Assembly (NCBI GenBank): GCA_016870055.1
Contig: VGCQ01000001.1
Span: 6,713-70,712, forward strand
Source of the DNA: Alphaproteobacteria bacterium
GTDB taxonomy: Bacteria > Pseudomonadota > Alphaproteobacteria > Reyranellales > Reyranellaceae
Reading direction: 5' to 3'
DNA length: 64,000 bases
This document shows, piece by piece, positions 1-7,372 of this stretch (positions within the stretch are counted from its first letter, which is position 1; the number at the start of each line of letters is the position of its first letter). The notes beneath the pieces are model-generated. The model saw nothing but the letters and a program-made list of their open reading frames with translations, was not told the DNA's origin and did no database searches. Both the position numbers and the translations under genes were made by a program.

Positions 1-58
1 TACCATCGGCAGACCGTCAACCTGACTGATGGACCGCGGACAGCATGAGGTCGTGACG

Positions 59-487
59 ATGCTTGTCGGCCATTTGGCTCTCGTCCTGGCAGCGGCTTTC
101 GCTGGCGCGGCCTTCTACATCAACTTCGCGGAGCACCCGGCTCGACTGAAGCTGGACGATCGAAGCCTGCTCGAGCAATGGAAGCCGAGCTACGATGCCG
201 GCTACACCATGCAAGCCGGTCTCGCCGCGGCATCGGGCGTCTTGGGCTTGGCTGCGGCGTGGCTGTCGGGCGATTGGCGCTGGCTTGCCGGTTCCGCGCT
301 GATCCTGGCGAACTGGCCGTACACCCTCCTTGGCATCATGCCGACCAACCATAGGCTGAAGGCCATCGACCCGGCCGACGCCGGCCCGGCATCGCGGCGA
401 ATGCTCGAAAGGTGGGGTCGCCTTCATGCGGTACGAACCGCGTTGGGCTGCGCGGCGACGATCGCCTATCTTTCGGCGCTGCGCTGA
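59..487 (+). CDS. DUF1772 / anthrone oxygenase-like small membrane protein
   Basis: Four hydrophobic segments, WxPSY, ANWPYTL..IMPTN and WGRLHAVRT motifs. ATG at 59 has GAGG upstream (the ORF track starts at 29). Confidence 0.75.
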   Translation: MLVGHLALVLAAAFAGAAFYINFAEHPARLKLDDRSLLEQWKPSYDAGYTMQAGLAAASGVLGLAAAWLSGDWRWLAGSALILANWPYTLLGIMPTNHRLKAIDPADAGPASRRMLERWGRLHAVRTALGCAATIAYLSALR

Positions 488-503
488 ACGCCGGCGAGCG
501 GGG

Positions 504-1334
504 CTACAGCCAGCGCTTGCGGCGTCGGTAGTGCTTGACGTCGCGGAACGAGCGGCGGCCTTCGCCGCCGATGCCGAGGTAGAATTCCTTCACATCCTCG
601 TTCTCGCGCAACTGCGCGGCGTCGCCGTCGAGCACGACGCGGCCGTTCTCCAGAATGTAGCCATAGTGGGCGTAGCGCAGCGCCACGTTGGTATTCTGCT
701 CGGCGAGCAGGATCGAGACCTTTTCCTTCTCGTTGAGGTTCTTGACGATCTCGAAGATCTCCTCGACGAGCTGCGGGGCGAGCCCCATCGACGGTTCGTC
801 GAGCAGGATGGTGTTGGGCCGGCTCATCAGGGCGCGGCCGATCGCCGTCATCTGCTGCTCGCCGCCAGAGGTGTAGCCGGCCTGGCTCGTCCGCCGCTCC
901 TTGAGCCGCGGAAAGTAGTGGTAGACCTTCTCCAGGTCGTCGGCGATCTGGCGGCGCTTGTTGCCGTGGATGAAGGCGCCGGTCAGCAGGTTCTCCTCGA
1001 CCGTGAGGTGGCCGAAGCAATGCCGGCCTTCCATCACCTGGATGACGCCGCGCTTCACCAGGTCGTTGGGCGTGAGCCCGTCGACGCGCTCACCGCGGCA
1101 GTGGATCTGACCCTTGGTGACCTCGCCGCGCTCGGCGAGCAGAAGATTGGAGATCGACTTCAGCGTCGTCGACTTGCCGGCGCCGTTGGCGCCCAGCAGC
1201 GCCACGATCGCGCCCTCGGGCACCGCCAGCGACACACCCTTCAGCACCAGGATGACGTGATTGTAGATCACCTCGATGTTGGCCACGTCGATGACGTTGG
1301 CCGCCAACGCTGGCGCAGGCGTGGTGACGCTCAT
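504..1334 (-). CDS. LIV-family ABC transporter ATP-binding protein (LivF-like)
   Basis: Walker A GANGAGKST, signature variant TSGGEQQ, Walker B LLDEPSMGLAP, AEQN. Confidence 0.92.
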   Translation of the reverse strand: MSVTTPAPALAANVIDVANIEVIYNHVILVLKGVSLAVPEGAIVALLGANGAGKSTTLKSISNLLLAERGEVTKGQIHCRGERVDGLTPNDLVKRGVIQVMEGRHCFGHLTVEENLLTGAFIHGNKRRQIADDLEKVYHYFPRLKERRTSQAGYTSGGEQQMTAIGRALMSRPNTILLDEPSMGLAPQLVEEIFEIVKNLNEKEKVSILLAEQNTNVALRYAHYGYILENGRVVLDGDAAQLRENEDVKEFYLGIGGEGRRSFRDVKHYRRRKRWL

Positions 1335-1354
1335 GCTGCTTTCCCAAATCGCCC

Positions 1355-1388
1355 CACTCTGAGGAGCACCGCGGCGCTCCTCAGAGTG
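1355..1388. repeat. Intergenic palindrome with a 13-bp perfect stem
   Basis: CACTCTGAGGAGC (1355-1367) pairs with GCTCCTCAGAGTG (1376-1388); lies between the SBP and LivF genes. Confidence 0.8.
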
Positions 1389-1403
1389 AAGTTTCCTCCG
1401 ATC

Positions 1404-2744
1404 TCACATCGCCTTGGAGCAGTCGCGGACGGGCAGCTTCTTCTCGTCGGCGTACTTCTTGGCGGCCGCCTCGACCATCGGCTTGATGACCTTGTCGTCC
1501 GACTGATACCAGTCGGAGACCACGACCCACTTCTGACCGTCCCATTGCTGGATGCGGCCGGCCCGTGTGCCCTCGTGGTCGCTGCAGGTCACCTTGAGCG
1601 GCTGCAGCATGCCCTCGAAGCCCAGCGCCTTCAGCCGGGCGGCCGTGAGGTCGAGGTTTTCGATGCCCCACCGCACCTGCTCGCCGGTCATCGGCTTGTT
1701 GCCGAACTTGCCCATCGCCGTTCGGATCGACTCGACGCCCAGCATGGCGTTGACCAGACCGCGGTTGTAGAGGACCTCGCCGGTCTCGTCCCACTTCGCC
1801 GCACCCTTGCCGCGGTCATAGACGAACTTCTTGAGGTCGGCATGGACGCCGAACTGGCCGGCGCCGTGCTGCAGCATGGCGGCGCTATAGCCCTTGGCGC
1901 CGCCCTCGGCCGGCCGCACGTCGGGTTCGGCACCCGACCACCACACGCCGAACAGCTTTTCGCGCGGGTAGCCGACAGCGGCGGCTTCCTTGATCGAGGT
2001 CGAGTTCATGACGCCCCAGCCCCACAGCAGGACGTAGTCGGGCCGGCTCTGACGGATCTGCAGCCAAGTCGCCTTCTGCTCGACGCCGGGATGGGTGACG
2101 GGCATCGGCGTGAACTCGAAGCCGTGCATCTTGGCGCGCTGCTCGAGAAGGGCGATCGGCTCCTTGCCGTAGGGCGAGTCGTGATAGACCAGCGCCACCT
2201 TCTTGCCCTTGAGCTTGTCGAAGCCGCCCTCCTTCAGCGCGATGTGCTGCATGATGATGTCGGCAGCCGACCAGTAGGTGCCGAGCAGCGGGAAGTTCCA
2301 TTCGAACACGCTGCCGTCGCGCGATTCGGAGCGGCCGTAGCCCATCGAGATGATCGGAATCTTGTCGACCGGCGCCTTCTCGGTCAGCGCGAAGGTGATG
2401 CCGGTGCTGAGCGGCAGCACGTAGGCCGCCCCGGTCGGACCCTTCTTCTTCAAGCGCTCATAGCACTCGACGCCGCGGTCGGTGGCGTAGGCCGTGTCGC
2501 ATTCTTCGTAGGCGATCTTCACGCCGTTGATGCCGCCGTCGCGCTCGTTGATCAGGGTGTAGTAGTCGGCGACGCCGTTGGCGAACGGGATGCCGTTCGG
2601 CGCATAGGCGCCGGTGCGGTAGATCAGGCCGGGGATGAACTGCTCATTCGGCCCCTGCGCCATGGCGGCCGTGGCGAACCCCGCCGCCACGACGGCCGCC
2701 CCCAAGATCGCCGCTCTACGCAGCGCTGTGTTGCGAAGTCCCAT
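1404..2744 (-). CDS. LIV-family ABC substrate-binding protein (Peripla_BP_6 type)
   Basis: Signal peptide, RTGAYAPNG, EECDTAY..DRGVECYERLK and YHDSPYGKEP motifs. GAGGAGGAG Shine-Dalgarno upstream of the ATG at 2744. Confidence 0.9.
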   Translation of the reverse strand: MGLRNTALRRAAILGAAVVAAGFATAAMAQGPNEQFIPGLIYRTGAYAPNGIPFANGVADYYTLINERDGGINGVKIAYEECDTAYATDRGVECYERLKKKGPTGAAYVLPLSTGITFALTEKAPVDKIPIISMGYGRSESRDGSVFEWNFPLLGTYWSAADIIMQHIALKEGGFDKLKGKKVALVYHDSPYGKEPIALLEQRAKMHGFEFTPMPVTHPGVEQKATWLQIRQSRPDYVLLWGWGVMNSTSIKEAAAVGYPREKLFGVWWSGAEPDVRPAEGGAKGYSAAMLQHGAGQFGVHADLKKFVYDRGKGAAKWDETGEVLYNRGLVNAMLGVESIRTAMGKFGNKPMTGEQVRWGIENLDLTAARLKALGFEGMLQPLKVTCSDHEGTRAGRIQQWDGQKWVVVSDWYQSDDKVIKPMVEAAAKKYADEKKLPVRDCSKAM

Positions 2745-3028
2745 CGTTCTCCTCCTCAAAATGCGGGCCGATCCTTGGAGGCGCGACCCTTGATCCGACC
2801 CTAGAACAAATTTCGCGACGCTGAAATCACTACCTCCTCAAGAAATGGGCAGCCGTGTCTGGAAGCCGTCATCCGCCTTGCCGCGCATGGCGCTGGATAG
2901 AGCGGAGAGTATCCACTGGGGAGCCTCGGGATGGGCGTCGTGATGTCGCTTCCCGACGAGGTGGTTCCGCCACCGGGCAACACGACCCAGGGCTCTCCGC
3001 GACGTTGCCGAAGCTTCCGTCATCGATC

Positions 3029-3075
3029 TTGAAAGCCGCCGGCCATGGAATATATTACCCCATAAGGGAGTAATT
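3029..3075 (+). promoter_or_regulatory. Putative sigma70 promoter and operator of the TA module
   Basis: TTGAAA (3029-3034), 16-nt spacer, TATATT (3051-3056). An imperfect inverted repeat ATTACCCC-ATAA-GGGAGTAAT overlaps the -10 element and the RBS. Confidence 0.55.
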
Positions 3076-3078
3076 AAT

Positions 3079-3660
3079 ATGGCCAATGAGTTTTCCGCCC
3101 GCGAAGTGGCCGAGCTGGCCAACGTGCCGGTGCGCGCCGTGGACAAGGCTATCGAGGAGAAGGTGCTGACGGGTATCCGCGCCGGCATGCGCGGCCGGCG
3201 GCGGATGCTGCCGCTCCATGCTGTGCCCTATGCCGCGATCGTGGCGCGTCTGCCGGTAACGCTGTCGCTCGCCGCCAAGCGAGACCTCGCGCGCGCTCTG
3301 GGCAAGCGCTCGGCCGCACGGATGACGGCCGACCCGCTGGAGATTGCACCCGCCGTGACCGTCGATGTGCCGGCACTCGTCGGCCCCGACCTCGCCGAGC
3401 GTGCGGTGCGCTACAGCAAGGCGCGGGAGGACTACATCGAGATCAATCCCGACATCATGGGCGGAACGCCGGTCCTGCGCGGCACGCGGATGACGGTCTA
3501 TTCGGTCCTCGGCCGGCTCGACGGCGGCGACAGCATCGCCGACGTACTGGGCGACAATCCGCACTTGACACGCGAAGCGCTCGAAACAGCTGCGCTCTAT
3601 GCGCGTACTCATCCCCTTGTCGGCAGGCCAAGCGGACGACCCTGGGCGAAAGCTGCTTGA
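3079..3660 (+). CDS. DUF433-domain antitoxin with N-terminal HTH-like segment
   Basis: C-terminal INPDIMGGTPVLRGTRMTVYSV...P.LTREALETAALYA is the DUF433 pattern. The stop overlaps the next start (TTGA, 3657-3660). Confidence 0.85.
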   Translation: MANEFSAREVAELANVPVRAVDKAIEEKVLTGIRAGMRGRRRMLPLHAVPYAAIVARLPVTLSLAAKRDLARALGKRSAARMTADPLEIAPAVTVDVPALVGPDLAERAVRYSKAREDYIEINPDIMGGTPVLRGTRMTVYSVLGRLDGGDSIADVLGDNPHLTREALETAALYARTHPLVGRPSGRPWAKAA

Positions 3661-4030
3661 GATTGTTCATCGACGAATGTCTGTCCCCCATCTCGCCCGC
3701 TACTTCAGCGAGACCGGCAAGCACGACGCGGTACATCCGCGCGACATGGGCCGCCTCGGGGAACCGGATCATGTCGTACTCGCACTCTGCGTCGAGCAGG
3801 ACCGGACAATCGTAACGGTGAACGCCGTCGATTTCCGCAAGCTGGTGGCTCGGCGGGATCTGCATCCCGGCTTGATCCTGCTGCCGAGCGTCAGCCGCGA
3901 CTTGTTGCTCCGGCTGCTGGTTGGCGCAATCACACATCTGGAGTCGCTGGGCGAACCCTCAGACGTGATGGTCAATCATGTCCTCGAATGCACGGCCACC
4001 GGAGCCTTCGTTCTTTCCCCGCTGCCCTGA
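3657..4030 (+). pseudogene. DUF5615 PIN-like toxin, frameshifted by one base at a C5 run (3685-3689)
   Basis: TTG at 3657 reads MRLFIDECLSP, then drifts to a TAA at 3813. The family continuation HLARYF..HDAVHPRD.G..G.PDH.VL...DRTIVTVNAVDF...HPGLI lies in the -1 frame. One extra C restores a roughly 124-aa ORF. Confidence 0.8.
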
Positions 4031-4124
4031 ATTGAATGCATGCCATGACGCGACTTCACCGCCGGGCAGACACGAATGGACGAACGGCAAGAAAAAACGC
4101 GAATCCGATGGACGCATCCCAGCG

Positions 4125-5192
4125 TCAATGCGGGAACGGCCAGAGCCTGAGCTTCTCCTTGGCGATCGACCAGAGGCGAGCCAAGCCGTGCGGCTCGACG
4201 ATCAGGAAAAACACGATCATGGCGCCAAAAACCATGAATTCCAGGTGGCTGAGCAGGGCGGTCGACATCTTCACGCCGAGCCAGCCAGGCAGCTGGTTGA
4301 GCAGGATCGGCATCAGGACGATGAAGGCCGCCCCCAGGAAGCTGCCCAGGATCGAGCCCAGCCCGCCGATAATGACCATGAACAGGATCTGGAAGCTGCG
4401 GTTGATGTCGAAAGCGAGCGGCTCCCACGAGCCCAGCCGCAAGAAGCCCCACATCGCGCCGGCCACGCCGATGAAAAAGGAGCTGACGGCGAAGGCCGAG
4501 AGCTTGGTGCGCAGCGGCCGGAAGCCGATGATCTCGGCGGCGATGTCCATGTCGCGGATCGCCATCCAGGAGCGGCCGATATGGCCGCGCACCAGGTTCT
4601 TGGCGACCACGGTGGCGACCACGACGATGGCCAGGATCAGGATGTAGCGCTCGACGGGCTGGTCGATCTGCACGCCGAACACTTCGAGCTTGCCGACCGC
4701 GACCGAGCCCGAGGGCGTGTAGTTGGTGAACCACTTCACGCGCGCGAACATCCAGTCGAGGAAGAACTGCGAGGCAAGCGTGGCGACGGCCAGATAGAAG
4801 CCCTTGATCCTGAGCGACGGCAGGCCGAACAGGATGCCGACCGCCGCCGCCATCAGGCCGCCGAACAGGAACACCACGATCAGATTGTTGAATTCCGGCG
4901 CGCGCAGCCAAAGATTGTAGGCGGCGTAAGCGCCGACCGCCATGAAGCCGCCGGTACCGAGCGACACCTGCCCGCAATAGCCGACCAGGATGTTGAGCCC
5001 GATGGCGGCCAGCGACAGGATGAGGAAAGGGATCAGGATCTCGGTATAGAGATAGGGCGAGGCGATCGCCGGCACGACCAAGAACGCCGCCACGATCACC
5101 AGCAGCACGAAAATACGGTCCTGCAGAATCGGAAAGATCTGCTGGTCGGCGCCGTAGCTGGTCTTGAACTGGCCGGCTTCCCTGTAGAGCAT
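4125..5192 (-). CDS. LIV-family ABC permease (LivM-like)
   Basis: Multi-TM protein with GLNILVGYCGQVSLG, PSLRIKGFYLAVATLA and IIGGLGS motifs. Confidence 0.92.
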   Translation of the reverse strand: MLYREAGQFKTSYGADQQIFPILQDRIFVLLVIVAAFLVVPAIASPYLYTEILIPFLILSLAAIGLNILVGYCGQVSLGTGGFMAVGAYAAYNLWLRAPEFNNLIVVFLFGGLMAAAVGILFGLPSLRIKGFYLAVATLASQFFLDWMFARVKWFTNYTPSGSVAVGKLEVFGVQIDQPVERYILILAIVVVATVVAKNLVRGHIGRSWMAIRDMDIAAEIIGFRPLRTKLSAFAVSSFFIGVAGAMWGFLRLGSWEPLAFDINRSFQILFMVIIGGLGSILGSFLGAAFIVLMPILLNQLPGWLGVKMSTALLSHLEFMVFGAMIVFFLIVEPHGLARLWSIAKEKLRLWPFPH

Positions 5193-5204
5193 CGCCCGCC
5201 TCCC

Positions 5205-6329
5205 CTAGACCCGCTCGATGATGCGCTCGCCGAACAGGCCCTGCGGCCGGAACAGCAGGAAGATCAGCGCCAGCACGTAGGCAAACCAGTTCTCGATGCC
5301 GCCGCCGGCCAAGTTGAACTGCTTGACCAGGATCGGCGCCAGGAAGACCTCCGACAATTTCTCGCCGGCGCCGATGATCAGGCCGCCGATGATGGCGCCC
5401 GGCACCGAGGTGAAACCGCCCAGGATCAGCACGGGCAGCGCCTTGAGCGCGATCAGCGAGATCGAGAACTGCACGCCGAGCTTGGCACCCCAGATGACGC
5501 CGGCAGCCAGCGCCACCAGGCCCGACACCGTCCAGACGATCAGCCAGATCGTGTCGAGCGGGATGCCGACCGATTGGGCGGCGGCGTGATCGTCGGCGAC
5601 GGCGCGCAGCGCGCGGCCGACCCGCGTCTTCTGGAAGAACACCGCCAGCACCACCACCAGGACAGCGGCGATCACCGCAGCGACCAGGTCGCCGGGATCG
5701 ACCAGCAAGCCGCCCTCGAACACGCCCTCGAGCAGAAAGATCGGATCCTTGGGCAGGCCGAGATTGATCTTGTAGATGTCGCTGCCCCACAGGGTCTGGC
5801 CGAAGCCGTCGAGGAAGTAGGCGATGCCGAGCGTGGCCATGAACAGGATGATGCCCTCCTGGTTCACCAGGTGGCGCAGCACCAGCCGCTCGATGGCATA
5901 GGCGAGCACGCCCATGATCGCCGCCGTGGCGGGCAACGCGAGCCACAGCGGCCACGAACCCTTGCCGTAGGCGCCGGCCACGACCCCGCCGATCAGCGCA
6001 CCGCCTGCGGCCAGCAGAAGAATACGCCGCCGTTCGATCGCGCCGCCGCCGCGCGCAACGTACTCGCGCCACGCGTACCAGGCGACGAAGGCGAGCGCCG
6101 AACCCAGGATCGCGGCGGCGACGATGAAGTGGACGAGGTGCACTTCACGGCCGTCGATCGCACCGGTCAGCCGCGCCAGGGTGAGCGCCGCGAACAACAC
6201 CATGGCGCCCTGCGCAAAATTGAACACGCCCGACGCCTTGAAGATCAGCACGAAGCCCAGCGCCACCAACGAATAAAGCACGCCGGTCAACAACCCGCCG
6301 ATCAGGGTTTCGAGAAAGGGGCCTAGCAT
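5205..6329 (-). CDS. LIV-family ABC permease (LivH-like), elongated
   Basis: YSLVALGFVLIFKASGVFNFAQG, TRVGRALRAVADD and ILGGFTS motifs. Start placed at MLGPF (6329); 6356 is an alternative. Confidence 0.9.
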   Translation of the reverse strand: MLGPFLETLIGGLLTGVLYSLVALGFVLIFKASGVFNFAQGAMVLFAALTLARLTGAIDGREVHLVHFIVAAAILGSALAFVAWYAWREYVARGGGAIERRRILLLAAGGALIGGVVAGAYGKGSWPLWLALPATAAIMGVLAYAIERLVLRHLVNQEGIILFMATLGIAYFLDGFGQTLWGSDIYKINLGLPKDPIFLLEGVFEGGLLVDPGDLVAAVIAAVLVVVLAVFFQKTRVGRALRAVADDHAAAQSVGIPLDTIWLIVWTVSGLVALAAGVIWGAKLGVQFSISLIALKALPVLILGGFTSVPGAIIGGLIIGAGEKLSEVFLAPILVKQFNLAGGGIENWFAYVLALIFLLFRPQGLFGERIIERV

Positions 6330-6363
6330 GGCAGGTTCCGGCTCACTCGACGCCATTCGAATT

Positions 6364-6455
6364 CCTCTCCCCCGTTAGGGGGAGAGGCTAGGTGAGGGGG
6401 GTGCGCGAGCTGTCGATGCCCGCTCACCCGACCTCTCCTCCTAGCGGAGGAGAGG
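6364..6455. repeat. Composite intergenic palindromic element (two 10-bp hairpins plus a central pairing)
   Basis: CCTCTCCCCC-GTTA-GGGGGAGAGG (6364-6387) and CCTCTCCTCC-TAGC-GGAGGAGAGG (6432-6455). GGTGAG (6391) pairs with CTCACC (6423). Resembles common alphaproteobacterial intergenic mosaic repeats. Confidence 0.8.
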
Positions 6456-6501
6456 AGCATGAGCGGCGCACGAACGCCCACCGTGGTCAGCGTCTCTCTC
6501 A

Positions 6502-7293
6502 TCAATGCCCCACCCCGAGATAGGCGTCGATCACCGCTTGGTTGCGCTTGATCTCGTCGGGCACGCCGTCGCCGATCTTGCGGCCGTAGTCGAGCACCAC
6601 GACACGGTCGGAAATGTCCATGACGACGCCCATGTCGTGCTCGATCAGGCAGATGGTGGTGCCGAACTCGTCGTTGACGTCGAGCACGAAGCGGCACATG
6701 TCCTGCTTCTCCTCGATGTTCATGCCGGCCATCGGCTCGTCGAGCAGCAGCAGCTCGGGCTGTGCAGCGAGCGCGCGGCCGAGCTCGACGCGCTTCTGCA
6801 GGCCGTAGGGAAGCTGGCCGACCGGCACCTTGCGCACGTGCTGGATCTCGAGGAAGTCGATGATCTCCTCGACCGCGCGGCGATGTTCGATCTCCTCACG
6901 CTCGGCCGGGCCGATGCGCAACGCCTGCCAGAACAGGCCGGTCTTCATGCGCAGGTTGCGGCCGGTCATGATGTTGTCGAGCGTCGACATGCCGCGAAAC
7001 AGCGCGATGTTCTGGAAGGTCCGCGCGATGCCCTGCTCGGCGGCCTCGTGCGGCCGCATCTGGCTGCGCCGCACGCCCTTGTAGGTGATGGCGCCCTGCT
7101 GCGGATGATAGAAGCCGTTGATGCAGTTCAGCATCGACGACTTGCCGGCGCCGTTGGGGCCGATGATGGCGCGGATCTCGCCCTTGGCGATGTCGAAGCT
7201 GATGTCGGTCAAGGCCTTCACGCCGCCGAACGACAGGCTGATGCCCTCGACCGACAGCAGCACCTCGTTGAAGGAGCGGGCGCGAGCGCTCAT
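6502..7293 (-). CDS. LIV-family ABC ATP-binding protein (LivG-like)
   Basis: GPNGAGKSS, IARTFQN, LPYGLQKRVELGRAL, LLLDEPMAG and IEHDM motifs. Probable ATG at 7293. Confidence 0.92.
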   Translation of the reverse strand: MSARARSFNEVLLSVEGISLSFGGVKALTDISFDIAKGEIRAIIGPNGAGKSSMLNCINGFYHPQQGAITYKGVRRSQMRPHEAAEQGIARTFQNIALFRGMSTLDNIMTGRNLRMKTGLFWQALRIGPAEREEIEHRRAVEEIIDFLEIQHVRKVPVGQLPYGLQKRVELGRALAAQPELLLLDEPMAGMNIEEKQDMCRFVLDVNDEFGTTICLIEHDMGVVMDISDRVVVLDYGRKIGDGVPDEIKRNQAVIDAYLGVGH

Positions 7294-7362
7294 TGGACCG
7301 CGGGCCTCCAGGCCCGCATCATGATCATGAGCGGGCCTGGAGGCCCGCGGTCCGGAAGACCA
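7290..7362. repeat. REP doublet (REPIN-like), copy A
   Basis: 23-bp perfect inverted repeat GGACCGCGGGCCTCCAGGCCCGC (7295-7317 / 7331-7353). Each arm has its own hairpin. Flanks TCATT and GAAGACCA are shared with the copy at 36125. Confidence 0.85.
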
Positions 7363-7372
7363 CGCGTTACCA

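Noticed and set aside
426-2804. Very long antisense or alternate-frame ORFs (for example 426-2804, 3978-6326, 15380-17278, 19640-22129, 49834-51762)
   Set aside because: These are shadows of real genes in high-GC DNA. They are Arg/Ala/Gly-rich with no family motifs and overlap well-supported CDS on the other strand or frame.
2854-4074. 8-bp inverted repeat CGTGTCTG / CAGACACG flanking the TA module as possible element ends
   Set aside because: A match this short is expected by chance across two spacers of this size, and no target-site duplication was seen.
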